This document shows positions 8,192-17,380 of a stretch of 54,459 nt of DNA, piece after piece. Where the stretch lies: assembly GCA_046484545.1 (NCBI GenBank), contig JAWOIR010000100.1, forward strand, positions 1 to 54,459. Reading direction: 5' to 3'. The position numbers were made by a program, and so were the translations under genes. Each line of letters starts with the position of its first letter. The first letter of the stretch is position 1. The DNA comes from Anaerolineales bacterium (GTDB lineage: Bacteria > Chloroflexota > Anaerolineae > Anaerolineales > Villigracilaceae). The notes under the pieces were generated by a model. That model did not search any database and was not told the origin of the DNA. It saw nothing but the letters and a program-made list of their open reading frames with translations.

Positions 8192-9262
8192 ACCGACAAA
8201 ACCAGAAAACTTCAATCCCTGCTCGACGCCCAGGTTGGCAAAGGCGGCCTGAATAACATCGTCGCGGCGGTGCAGTCTTATGATAAAAGCCTGGATTTCG
8301 TCGGCGCAGCTGGCATCGCCGATCCGAATTTGGGCGCAGCGATGACGCCCGAAACGCCGTACTTCATCGCTAGCATCACCAAGATGTACACCGCCGCCAT
8401 CATCCTGCAACTGCACGCGGAAAACCGCCTCGACCTCGAAGCGCCGGTCTTGAACTATTTACCAGCCGACATGCTGGACAGAATTCACGTCTACAAAAGC
8501 ACAGATTACAGCCGCCAAATCAAAGTGTACCAATTGGTCAACCAGACTTCCGGCCTGGCCGATTTCGAAGCGGACAAACCGCGCGGTGGGAAAAGCGTCC
8601 TCGCTGAATTGATGGCCGGTCACGACCGTCCCATAGACACCGCCGAAGCACTCAAGATCACCCGCAACCTGTCCCCGCACTTCGCTCCGGGGACGTCCGG
8701 CAGGGCCTATTACTCCAATCTCAACTACCGCCTGCTTGGCGAAATCATCGAAGCCATTACCGAAAAACCGATGGCTCTCAATTTCGAGGCGAGTATCTGC
8801 GCGCCGCTTGGTTTGCAGCACACTTACCTGTTCGCCTGGCAGTCGCCGCGCGCCGGCCAAACCCCGGCAACAATTTACTTGAAGAACCGCCCGGCCAATG
8901 TCCCCAGGTATTTGTCCTCCAACATCTCCGATGGCGGCCTGGTCTCCACGGCTTCTGAGTGCATGATTTTCCTGCGCGCCATTTTCGAGGGGCGGCTGTT
9001 CGACAAATCATTGCTGGAACGAATGACGCAATGGAATTCAATCTTCTTCCCCCTGCGCTACGGCTATGGGCTGATGTACTTCCATCTGCCGCGCTATTTT
9101 TGGATTACCCCGCTCCCCGAATTCGTCGGCCACTCCGGCTCGACCGGGTCGTTTGCCTTCGCCTGCCCCTCGCGTTCGCTCTATCTCACCGGGACCCTCA
9201 ACGTGATTACCCCTGCCAGGCCATTTTTCTTCATGATGGCTCTGGTTCGCGCGCTAAGTTGA
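8192..9262 (+). CDS. Serine hydrolase, beta-lactamase/PBP4-like fold
   Basis: The SxxK (SITK), YxN (YSN) and HSG motifs occur in the expected order. The start is uncertain (8150, 8177 or 8192); 8192 has GAAAGG 8 nt upstream. Confidence 0.7.
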   Translation, partial: TDKTRKLQSLLDAQVGKGGLNNIVAAVQSYDKSLDFVGAAGIADPNLGAAMTPETPYFIASITKMYTAAIILQLHAENRLDLEAPVLNYLPADMLDRIHVYKSTDYSRQIKVYQLVNQTSGLADFEADKPRGGKSVLAELMAGHDRPIDTAEALKITRNLSPHFAPGTSGRAYYSNLNYRLLGEIIEAITEKPMALNFEASICAPLGLQHTYLFAWQSPRAGQTPATIYLKNRPANVPRYLSSNISDGGLVSTASECMIFLRAIFEGRLFDKSLLERMTQWNSIFFPLRYGYGLMYFHLPRYFWITPLPEFVGHSGSTGSFAFACPSRSLYLTGTLNVITPARPFFFMMALVRALS

Positions 9263-9277
9263 AATAGGAGGAGGCTG

Positions 9278-9955
9278 ATGTCCAAACTTGTTGTTTTTCT
9301 TTCTCTGGCATGCCTGGTTCTGACCGCCCTGTGGGTGGGCCTGCTGATTGCTGACATGGCCTCCGCCGGGCCGCTGGAAACCTTCGAGCAGGTGGCTGCC
9401 CATGCTTCCCGTCTGCATGGGCTGTTTTATGCCACCTACCTGAACGCCGCGCTGCTGACACTGGCCGCCGTCGCCTTCTTTGCCGCGCTGTATGCCTGGC
9501 TCAAACCCACTGCGCCGGATTGGACGGTTGTTGGGCTGGTTTTTGTCCCCATTTACGGTGTGTTAAACCTGGCGGCCTATCTCTCGCAGGTGACACTCGT
9601 CCCTGCCCTGGTGACGCTGCGCCTCGACCCGCGCTATGCCGACGCAGCCGATATGCTGCTGCGCCTGACGCTGCAAGCCTGGCCTGCTTCAGCGGTGGCC
9701 TTTTTCAACGGCCTGGCTTACGCCGTCTTGGGTATTCCTTCCATCCTGTTTGGCTTGCTCTTGTGGAAGTATCCCGGCGCGCAGCGCTGGGGAGGCCGGC
9801 TGCTGGCGCTCAACGGCGCTGCCTGCATCCTGGGTGCGATTGGCTCATTGAGCGGCAGCGCCCTGCTCACCCAGGGCGTGATGGCTGGTGGGTTGCTGTT
9901 CCTGGCGGCCATGTTCCCGTTCGCCTGGGGCTTCTGGAAGGTAGGGGATTCATGA
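9278..9955 (+). CDS. Multi-pass membrane protein (distantly DUF4386-like)
   Basis: 225 aa with about 6 predicted TM segments. Its C-terminal tail GGLLFLAAMFPFAWGFWK is shared with 13271-13687. Confidence 0.55.
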   Translation: MSKLVVFLSLACLVLTALWVGLLIADMASAGPLETFEQVAAHASRLHGLFYATYLNAALLTLAAVAFFAALYAWLKPTAPDWTVVGLVFVPIYGVLNLAAYLSQVTLVPALVTLRLDPRYADAADMLLRLTLQAWPASAVAFFNGLAYAVLGIPSILFGLLLWKYPGAQRWGGRLLALNGAACILGAIGSLSGSALLTQGVMAGGLLFLAAMFPFAWGFWKVGDS

Positions 9956-11157
9956 AAATCATCCTGCCCACCATCGGCACGCGCGGCGATGTGCAGCCCT
10001 ACATCGCCTTGGCGCTCGGGCTGCTCAAAGCCGGGCATAGCGTCACACTTGCCACGCATCCCTGCATGCGCGGGCTGGTCGAATCCTATGGGGTGGATTT
10101 CGCCCCCATCGGCCCGGATATTGACATTGGCGATGAGGCGGCCCGAATCCGCGCCAACGCCCCGCATTGGATGGTGGGCTTTAAACGGGTGATGGATTTC
10201 TCCTTTGCCATGCTCGAACAGGCTCACCCCGGTCTGTTGGAACGTTGCCGCGGCGCAGACATGGTCATCGTCTCGCACTCCGCCGCCGGGCGCATGGAAG
10301 CCGACAAACTCGGCCTCCCAACCGTCAGCGTGACGCTGTTCCCACAGGCCATTCCAGTCAAAGATCCCAAAGACTCCTTCATCAAGCGCGCGATCATGAA
10401 GTTCGCTGGCGCCGGGATGGGATTGATGATGACCAGGCCGTTGGAACAGATCCGTAAACGGGTCGGGCTGCCGGCGATGGGGTCGACAGGGATCACTTCA
10501 TCTACAATGAACCTGATCCCCCTCAGCCCGTTGATCTTCCCTCTCAACCCCCTCTGGGAACCGCGCCACCGCATGACCGGCTATTGGTTTTCACCTTCGC
10601 CGCAAAGCTGGATGCCACCCGATGATCTCGTGGCTTTCCTGGCAGCCGGCGCGCCGCCTTTTGTGGTCAGCCTGGGGGCAATGGCCCTGAGTGGCAAGGA
10701 TGCCCTCGAGGCCGCGCAGATTACCCTGGCAGCAGTGCAGCAAGCCGGTGTACGCGCCATCATCCAGGGCTGGGATGACCCGATGAAGCAGTTGACTGTT
10801 CCCCCAAAAATATTCCACGCCGGTTCCATCCCGCACGATTGGCTGCTGGGGCGGTCCAGTGGACTTATCCATCACGGCGGATTTGGAACTACCGCGGCAG
10901 GCTTCCGCGCCGGAATCCCCATGCTGGTCATCCCGCATATTATTGACCAGTTTATCTGGGGCGGCAAGGTAGCGCAATTGGGCGTCGGGCCGCAGCCCAT
11001 CTCGCGCCCCAAATTAAAGGCTGAAAACATGGCCACTGCCCTGCGCGCGATGCAGTCTCCCGCAATGCGCCACAAAGCCGCTGAACTGGGCGCAGCTATC
11101 CGCGCCGAGCCGGATGGAGTGACGGAAGCGGTGCGTTTGATTGAAGGATTGGTGTAG
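9952..11157 (+). CDS. GT1-family glycosyltransferase (MGT / sterol-glucosyltransferase-like)
   Basis: MKIILPTIGTRGDVQPYIALALGL... at the N-terminus and the nucleotide-sugar motif HHGGFGTTAAGFRAGIPMLVIPHIIDQ. The ATG at 9952 overlaps the preceding stop (ATGA). Confidence 0.75.
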   Translation: MKIILPTIGTRGDVQPYIALALGLLKAGHSVTLATHPCMRGLVESYGVDFAPIGPDIDIGDEAARIRANAPHWMVGFKRVMDFSFAMLEQAHPGLLERCRGADMVIVSHSAAGRMEADKLGLPTVSVTLFPQAIPVKDPKDSFIKRAIMKFAGAGMGLMMTRPLEQIRKRVGLPAMGSTGITSSTMNLIPLSPLIFPLNPLWEPRHRMTGYWFSPSPQSWMPPDDLVAFLAAGAPPFVVSLGAMALSGKDALEAAQITLAAVQQAGVRAIIQGWDDPMKQLTVPPKIFHAGSIPHDWLLGRSSGLIHHGGFGTTAAGFRAGIPMLVIPHIIDQFIWGGKVAQLGVGPQPISRPKLKAENMATALRAMQSPAMRHKAAELGAAIRAEPDGVTEAVRLIEGLV

Positions 11158-11159
11158 CC

Positions 11160-11630
11160 ATGTTCATGAAAAAATCACTATACGCGGGCGGTCGCCCAAG
11201 CCCGCTCGCTAAAGCGCTGAACACCTTTTGGGCTAAACCGCACGCCTGGGGAATTGCCCCCAACTATTTGGTCACGCTGGAAATCGTTGGCAGGAAATCG
11301 GGCAAAGTCATTGCCTTTCCGTTGGTGATGTTGGCACGTGGCGAGGAACGCTATTTTGTATCCATGTTGGGCGAGCAGTCCAACTGGGTGCGAAACCTAC
11401 GAGCAGCGGGTAGTAGGGCCACCCTGCGACACGGCCGCGTCGAACAGGTGTTATTGGAAGATGTTCCTATCGAAAAGCGTGCGCCTTTGCTCAAAGCCTA
11501 TCTTCAAATCGCGCCGGGCGCCAGGTCGCATGTCTCGGTAGATAAAGATGCACCGCTGGAGGAATTCGAGAAGGCTGCCGCGGCTTATCTAGTGTTTAAA
11601 GTCAATCCAAACAAGGAATCAAATTTGTGA
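11160..11630 (+). CDS. DUF385 / deazaflavin-dependent nitroreductase-family protein, second paralog
   Basis: The motif ...VGRKSGKVIAFPLVML...YFVSMLGEQSNWVRNLRAAG... parallels 5170-5649. Confidence 0.65.
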   Translation: MFMKKSLYAGGRPSPLAKALNTFWAKPHAWGIAPNYLVTLEIVGRKSGKVIAFPLVMLARGEERYFVSMLGEQSNWVRNLRAAGSRATLRHGRVEQVLLEDVPIEKRAPLLKAYLQIAPGARSHVSVDKDAPLEEFEKAAAAYLVFKVNPNKESNL

Positions 11631-11824
11631 AACTACATCCACAGGCCACCAAAGGACATTTACTGATTGGCATCGCTCTCATTCTGCTCTCGCTGGGTAG
11701 TTTATTTACCAGCCTCATCCTGGTTACCAAAATCCTGCCCTTCCTGATTTTCTTTTTTGGGGTTTGGGGCGGCATTGAAACCGGGCGCTACCTGGAAGCC
11801 TGGATGAGCAAACAGCATGCGTAA
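11627..11824 (+). CDS. Small two-TM membrane protein (hypothetical)
   Basis: 65-aa ORF with a GTG start, overlapping both neighbours by a few nt (operon-style packing). No recognisable motif. Confidence 0.35.
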   Translation: MKLHPQATKGHLLIGIALILLSLGSLFTSLILVTKILPFLIFFFGVWGGIETGRYLEAWMSKQHA

Positions 11825-13271
11825 ATCTGCAGCCATCATCGGCGCGGGTATGGCCGGACTGACAACAGCCGCCTACCTGGCGCGTGCCGGGTTGAAAGTG
11901 GATGTGTATGAGCAGCACACTCTGCCCGGCGGCTATATCTCCTCCTTCGTGCGTGAGGGATTCACCTTCCCTGCCGGGCCGACCTCCATCACATCCAATG
12001 GGATTGTCTTCCCGATTCTCAAGGAACTGGGGCTGGCCGAAAAGCGCAAATTCCTGCATGTCGGTCACCAGATGAGTTGGGGCGAACACGATGTCCCCCT
12101 GCGCAACGCCCGCCAGGTGCGGGACGAGCTCTCGCAACACTTCCCCGGCCAGCGTGAAACCTTGCAGCGCTACTTCCGCTGGGTCGAAATCGGTGGGGGC
12201 GGTTTCCGCCAGCTGGTTGAGAGCGGGATGATGTTCGGGCGCGGCATCTTCCTGTCCCTGCTGAAAGTCTTTGGACGGCATCCCGGTTTTGCCTGGGCGG
12301 CTTTCAAGACGCGCGGACAGACCAACCGCAGCCTGCACCAGCGATATTTCCGCGACTCCGCCCTGCGCCACATGCTCGATGAACTGGCCTACCCGGTCAT
12401 GCCCGCCCAAAACACCCTCGGTATGTGGATTTCGTACTTCGACGACACCTGGGCCCCGGCGGGCGGAATGCAAGCTTTCGCCAACACCCTCGTCCGCTTC
12501 ATCCGCGAACATGGCGGCGAAGTTCACTTGGGGACACCGGTGAAGCGCATCCGGGTGGAAAATGGCCGGGCAACCGGTATCACGCTGGGAGATGGGACGA
12601 CGCTCGACTCGGACTGGGTCATTTCCGCTGCCGATTTGCGGCACACCTGTCTCAATCTTATTGGAAGCCAACATCTTCCCGCCGCCACCCTCGCCAAACT
12701 GGAGCGGGCGCGCCCCTCCGAGCCGGTCTTTGCTGTTTTCATCGGTTTGCGCGGCAGTCCCGAACTGGAGCGCGCCTTCCAGCGTTTTCACGAGCCGCAC
12801 GTTATCTTCTCCTGTGCCGATGGGAGAACTATCCAGGTTGTCTGGCTGAATAAGGATGACCCCTCGATTGCCCCAAAGGGCAAACACAGCCTGTTCGTCG
12901 GCTGGCTGGATAATTACGAGGATTGGGAATCACTCAAGGGCGATGACGCCGCCTACCAGGCCCGCAAAGCCGCCGTCTCCGGGGAACTCATCACCCGAGC
13001 GGAGGAATTCCTGCCTGGACTGCGTGCCCATATCGAGGTGATAGATGCCGCCTCCCCGCTGACCTACGAGCGCTACACCTCCAACTGGCAGGGTGCCACC
13101 ACCGGCTGGAACTGGAATCCCGCATCCGCGCCGCGCTTCAATTTTACCAAAGACCTGCCCATCAAGAACTTCTATCCGGTTGGGCATTACACCTTCAACC
13201 CCGGCGGCGTCCCAACCGCAATGATCACCGCCTGGTACATCGCGCGGGAAATACTCAAAGAGAATAAATAA
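11817..13271 (+). CDS. NAD(P)/FAD-dependent oxidoreductase, phytoene desaturase (CrtI)-like
   Basis: N-terminal dinucleotide fold AAIIGAGMAGLTTAAYLARAGLKVDVYEQHTLPGG; length 484 aa. Confidence 0.7.
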   Translation: MRKSAAIIGAGMAGLTTAAYLARAGLKVDVYEQHTLPGGYISSFVREGFTFPAGPTSITSNGIVFPILKELGLAEKRKFLHVGHQMSWGEHDVPLRNARQVRDELSQHFPGQRETLQRYFRWVEIGGGGFRQLVESGMMFGRGIFLSLLKVFGRHPGFAWAAFKTRGQTNRSLHQRYFRDSALRHMLDELAYPVMPAQNTLGMWISYFDDTWAPAGGMQAFANTLVRFIREHGGEVHLGTPVKRIRVENGRATGITLGDGTTLDSDWVISAADLRHTCLNLIGSQHLPAATLAKLERARPSEPVFAVFIGLRGSPELERAFQRFHEPHVIFSCADGRTIQVVWLNKDDPSIAPKGKHSLFVGWLDNYEDWESLKGDDAAYQARKAAVSGELITRAEEFLPGLRAHIEVIDAASPLTYERYTSNWQGATTGWNWNPASAPRFNFTKDLPIKNFYPVGHYTFNPGGVPTAMITAWYIAREILKENK

Positions 13272-13687
13272 TGAAACGCCCCTTCCCCCTCTGGATTTTG
13301 TTCCTCTGGCTGATTTTCCTGGCCTTTGGCAGTTTATATGGCGGCATCGCCATGCTGCTCGACCCATCCGGGGCATTGCTCGGCTTGGATACCATCCTGT
13401 CACTCCTCCCAGTGCCGGATTCCATCCTGCCGGGTCTATTCCTGCTCTTGGTGATGGGGCTGGCCCCGTTCGTCCTGGCTTTTGGCCTGTTTGCCTGCCC
13501 GAACTGGCCCTGGGCCGACGCGCTCGCCCGCCGGAGCGGCCATTACTGGCCCTGGGTGGGGACGCTGGCCCTAGGAATCGTCCTGCTCACCTGGCTGGCG
13601 GTGCAGGCCGTGATGATTGGCGGAATCCTCTTTCTGGCGGCTATGTTTCCGCTCGCCTGGGGCTTTTGGAGGGCAGATCAGCTATGA
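13271..13687 (+). CDS. Membrane protein (hypothetical), shares C-terminal tail with 9278-9955
   Basis: 138 aa with 4 TM segments. The tail GGILFLAAMFPLAWGFWR is homologous at DNA level to 9861-9950. Confidence 0.5.
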   Translation: MKRPFPLWILFLWLIFLAFGSLYGGIAMLLDPSGALLGLDTILSLLPVPDSILPGLFLLLVMGLAPFVLAFGLFACPNWPWADALARRSGHYWPWVGTLALGIVLLTWLAVQAVMIGGILFLAAMFPLAWGFWRADQL

Positions 13688-13753
13688 AAATTTCCATAAT
13701 GCGCCGCAAAGCCGCCTACCTGGGCGCAGCTATCCGCTAAGGAATTATTTGCT

Positions 13754-14197
13754 ATGGACGATACCCCAAGATGGATCCCCATTCTTTTCGGCAGCGTGAT
13801 GATGATGATGGGCACACTCATCATAGGAGCGCTCTTTGGAGTTGTTCCAGTGGATGAAGGCGGGCAATTCCTGGCTCCGCCCCTGATCATCTTATCGCTT
13901 GGTCTTGGTTTGGCATTGGGTGGTTTCTTGCTCTGGTTGCCTTCCCAGATTCCGCTCCGGCTGCGAACCTTCCTGGTTTTAATGGTTATGGTATTTATGT
14001 TGGTGGTATGCAACTGGACAGCTTTTGCACCGAACGTCGTTTATCACTCGTCCACTTCCATTGGCCCCTTGGAATTTAGTGGGGAGGCAGCAATCGGAGG
14101 ACGAATTGTTTTTGGCATTGCGGCATTAATTGTGAATTCGATATTTCTCTCGACCATAATCGCCTGGCTTCGAGAGATTTTCCGTTCACTACGATAA
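13754..14197 (+). CDS. Membrane protein (hypothetical)
   Basis: 147-aa hydrophobic ORF with about 4 TM segments. No motif recognised. Confidence 0.45.
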   Translation: MDDTPRWIPILFGSVMMMMGTLIIGALFGVVPVDEGGQFLAPPLIILSLGLGLALGGFLLWLPSQIPLRLRTFLVLMVMVFMLVVCNWTAFAPNVVYHSSTSIGPLEFSGEAAIGGRIVFGIAALIVNSIFLSTIIAWLREIFRSLR

Positions 14198-14285
14198 TTC
14201 AGAAGATTAATGAAAGATAAAACAATCAGGATAAGGAAGCCTCCTAGAAATGTTACCGCTCTCTGGTACAGCGCCCAGGTTGCCC

Positions 14286-15317
14286 TTACATTTGGCTCGC
14301 CGCCGTATACATCCCCTGGCGATACTCTCTTGGCGTGACCCCCATCCACTTCTTAAAAGCTTTGCGAAAGACGCTCGGCTCCGAGAAGCCCAGCAGGTAG
14401 GTGATTTGCTCGACGGAATAGTTTTCGTGAAGATATTTTCGGGCCAGCCGCTGGCGGATATCGCGCAGGAGGTCGCTGAAGACCACGCCTTCAGCTTCCA
14501 GCCGCTTTTGCAGGGTACGCACGCTGACGGACATCTCGCGGGCGACCTTCTCGATGGAGAGCGACTCGTCATCCAGCCGCGCCAGGATGATTTTGGTCAC
14601 GGTCTTGGTGGTGGCGTCGTTCCGCTCCATCTGGGCCAGGAAATCCTGGGCGTATTTCTCGAAATGCTCCAGCAAAGCCGGGTTCGCCATGCGTACCGGC
14701 AGGCTGCCCATGCGCATATCGAGGGTCATCGAATTGTCTTTTTTAGCGAAGTGTACCGGACAGTTGAAGATGCGCTCGTATTCGGCGCGCGATTTGGGTT
14801 CAGGATAGATGAAGGTCACTTTGAGCGGGTTGAGCGGCAAACCGGAGAGGGTCCGCGCCAGACGCACACTGCTCGAAAAGGTGGAGTCGAAACAATGCCG
14901 CGACATCTGCGGCGCATGCGGCGGCGTGAAATAGACCACGCGCACTTTGCCCAGGCCCAACTCCATACGGGCAGTAATCATATTGCCTATAATGCGCTGG
15001 TAACGTCCCGATTTCTCGAAGGCCTCGCCGAGCGTCTTGCAGTTCATCATCAGGTAGCCCAGGATGGACCAACTACCGGGTTGCGCAAACTCGCCCATGT
15101 GCAGGCCAAAATACGGGTCGTTCACGTACTCTGCCGCCCCATCCTGGATGTGCAGGTAAGTCTCGATCGGGAGGTATGCGTCCGGCGAGCGCACTGTCTC
15201 CGGTTCGATATGCAGCGAGCGCAGGAAGGCGTCAATATCTACCTTGAGCGAGTCGAGGTACAGGAACATTTGTAACAGGACGGTGGCTGAGACGGTGATG
15301 GGTTCGGGTGCGATCAT
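14286..15317 (-). CDS. AraC-family transcriptional regulator (Arabinose_bd-type N-domain)
   Basis: C-terminal double HTH ...YSVEQITYLLGFSEPSVFRKAFKKWMGVTPREYRQ. The start is set at MIAPEP (15317) to give a typical length of about 343 aa. It is divergent from the 15445 array. Confidence 0.75.
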   Translation of the reverse strand: MIAPEPITVSATVLLQMFLYLDSLKVDIDAFLRSLHIEPETVRSPDAYLPIETYLHIQDGAAEYVNDPYFGLHMGEFAQPGSWSILGYLMMNCKTLGEAFEKSGRYQRIIGNMITARMELGLGKVRVVYFTPPHAPQMSRHCFDSTFSSSVRLARTLSGLPLNPLKVTFIYPEPKSRAEYERIFNCPVHFAKKDNSMTLDMRMGSLPVRMANPALLEHFEKYAQDFLAQMERNDATTKTVTKIILARLDDESLSIEKVAREMSVSVRTLQKRLEAEGVVFSDLLRDIRQRLARKYLHENYSVEQITYLLGFSEPSVFRKAFKKWMGVTPREYRQGMYTAASQM

Positions 15318-15444
15318 GCGGTAATGATACCTGATTTTGCGCCAACGGTCACGTTTATTGCAGGAAAGGTCATAGGCAATTTTACCCGGCTCGTCTATGA
15401 TTAGACTGACGATATTTTGACTGTGTTTAACGAAGGAGAATGGT

Positions 15445-16158
15445 ATGTCGAATGCACAATCCATCCCCACTGCCGAACCGCGCTGGAAAGACCTCTACCG
15501 CATCGGCGGTATTTCCAGCCTCTTGCTTGCAGGGTTGGTCGCCTTTGCAGTCATCGCCTACTTCATCTGGCCTTATACCCCCGGCTTCGCATCTACAGAA
15601 GACATTTTCGTAGCCTTGCATACCGACAGGCTGGGTGCGCTCTTTTCTCTAGATGTGATGATGCTGGTCACGGCGCCGGTTGACATATTACTTTTCACTG
15701 CCTTGTACGTTGCGCTCAAGCGGGTTAACGAGTCCTATGCGCTAATGGCTCTTGTTTTGGGGTTGATGGCAATAGCGCTGCTCATTCCCACAAAACCCCT
15801 CGCTGAACTGGTCTTTCTCAGCGAACAATACGCCGCGGCTACAACTGAAACAGCAAGAAGCCAGTATCTGGCAGCCGGTGAGGCGTTGCTTACCCTGGCT
15901 GGCGGGACCGCCTGGATAAATTTCAGCCTGTTCAGTAATATTTCCTTTCTGCTCAGTTCCCTGCTCATGTTACGAAGTAAGAATTTTGGTAAAGCAACTG
16001 CTTACATCGGAATCGTTAACTCCATATTTGCCCTGGGTATCATTATCCCGGTATTTGTGATAGCGGCAATCTGTGGGCTTGGAGCCACGGTAGTTGGAAC
16101 GATATGGTTTGTTTTGCTGGCGCGGGGTTTCTTCCGCCTGGCGAAGGAGATAGGATGA
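15445..16158 (+). CDS. DUF4386-like membrane protein, paralog A1
   Basis: 237 aa, multi-TM. It shares ...LYRIGG..., ...TDRLGAL.SLDV..., ...YAAAT.E....YLAAGEALL... with 21309, 25981, 26794 and 27971. Confidence 0.6.
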   Translation: MSNAQSIPTAEPRWKDLYRIGGISSLLLAGLVAFAVIAYFIWPYTPGFASTEDIFVALHTDRLGALFSLDVMMLVTAPVDILLFTALYVALKRVNESYALMALVLGLMAIALLIPTKPLAELVFLSEQYAAATTETARSQYLAAGEALLTLAGGTAWINFSLFSNISFLLSSLLMLRSKNFGKATAYIGIVNSIFALGIIIPVFVIAAICGLGATVVGTIWFVLLARGFFRLAKEIG

Positions 16159-16616
16159 ATCGAATAACAAAAACCATTGTATCCACCATCAGCATCATTC
16201 TGGCAATTGCCGGTCTTGCGCATGGCATCCCGGAGATATTACAAGGAAACACGCCCACCGAAGGGCTGATTATCCAGGCGATCGGGCCAGATAATCGGAT
16301 GTGGCATTATGGCACGGAGGAAGCCTTTAGCTTGCTGCCCACCTATCTCTCGACCGGCCTGGCTGCCATCGCAATCAGCCTGGCGCTGATTGTCTGGTCA
16401 CTGGGCTTCGTGCACACCAAACGCGGCGCAACGGCGCTTGGACTGCTCTTTATCGGCCTGTCCATCGCCATCACCGGCTACCTCCCCGGTCAGAGCGACC
16501 CGGAAGTTATCCTCAACATCTGCTGGGCGTTTATCTTCATCGGCGGGCTGGGATTGTTCCTGGTCACTTTCGTCGCCGGGTTTGCACACGACATCGAGCA
16601 GACTGTTGCCGGATGA
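16155..16616 (+). CDS. Membrane protein family B ('HG..E.LQG' family), paralog B1
   Basis: IAGLAHGIPEILQGNTP...LSTGLAAIAISLALIVWS... is homologous to 22038-22640 and to the C-terminal half of 24320-25477. ATGA overlap with the upstream gene. Confidence 0.55.
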   Translation: MNRITKTIVSTISIILAIAGLAHGIPEILQGNTPTEGLIIQAIGPDNRMWHYGTEEAFSLLPTYLSTGLAAIAISLALIVWSLGFVHTKRGATALGLLFIGLSIAITGYLPGQSDPEVILNICWAFIFIGGLGLFLVTFVAGFAHDIEQTVAG

Positions 16617-16653
16617 GACGCCAGACAGCGCCTGGGTAATCCTGAAGAGATGC

Positions 16654-17337
16654 ATGATGAACATAAACGTCAAACAAAATCACCCCAAAATTTCACGGCG
16701 ACGTTTCCTACAGATCGGCTGCCTTTCGACAGCTGCGGTGGGCCTGACCCTCTGCGGCATTACGGCAGCAGCGCCTGAGCCGCCGCCGGTTGTCCTTTCA
16801 CCTACTGCCTTTGGAGACAAACAAACGAATTATCGTGTTCTGGTCGCTTATGCTACCTATGCGGGATCAACCCAAGAAGTCGCCATCGAGATTGGCAAGG
16901 TCTTGGGAGAACGGGGTTTCGTGGTAGATGTGATCCCGGTTGTCGAAAATCCGCCGGTGGACGATTACCACTTTGTGCTCATTGGCAGCGCGGTCCACGG
17001 GAGTCGTTGGCTATCCGAGGCCATTGACTTTGTCGAGAGCAATCAGACGGTTCTCAATCGCGCGCCGGTGGCATTCTTCAGCGTCTGCCTGAGCGGCCTG
17101 GCCAAAGACGAAACCGCACTGGCAGCGGCGCGCGACACCATCTTCGGCCCATTGCGCGCCTTCGTCACGCCTGTGGCCGAGGTGCTGTTCGCTGGTAGAG
17201 TCGACTCACGCGGCGTGGCGTTGGGGCTACCCCGTTGGCTTGCGCGCTTCTTCCCCACGCTGGACTTTCGCAATTGGGACAAAATTCGTGGTTGGGCGAA
17301 GATACTCTCTATCCAAGAAGAGGAAAAATTAAATTGA
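16654..17337 (+). CDS. Flavodoxin-domain protein with Tat-type signal (RRRFLQIG)
   Basis: Internal ATG of ORF 16390-17337. Twin-arginine motif followed by YRVLVAYATYAGSTQEVAIEIGKVL...FVLIGSAVH, which indicates a flavodoxin_5/HemG-like fold. Confidence 0.6.
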   Translation: MMNINVKQNHPKISRRRFLQIGCLSTAAVGLTLCGITAAAPEPPPVVLSPTAFGDKQTNYRVLVAYATYAGSTQEVAIEIGKVLGERGFVVDVIPVVENPPVDDYHFVLIGSAVHGSRWLSEAIDFVESNQTVLNRAPVAFFSVCLSGLAKDETALAAARDTIFGPLRAFVTPVAEVLFAGRVDSRGVALGLPRWLARFFPTLDFRNWDKIRGWAKILSIQEEEKLN

Positions 17338-17380
17338 GAGTCAGGAGTCAAAACTCAAGCGGTCAAGTGAGGGGATCACA

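Noticed and set aside
7213-8199. 328-aa minus-strand ORF
   Set aside because: It is antisense to the CPBP protease gene (clear EEILWRG/FxxxH motifs on +). Its composition is Arg/Gln/Gly/Pro-rich and low-complexity, as is typical of spurious ORFs in GC-rich DNA.
11724-12887. 387-aa minus-strand ORF, and 5014-5670 (-) 218 aa
   Set aside because: They are antisense to the CrtI-like oxidoreductase and the DUF385 gene respectively. No motifs were recognised, and the composition is that of a GC-rich artefact.
14250-15275. 341-aa plus-strand ORF
   Set aside because: It is fully antisense to the AraC-family gene, which has an unmistakable HTH signature. It has no motifs and a skewed Arg/His/Gly composition.
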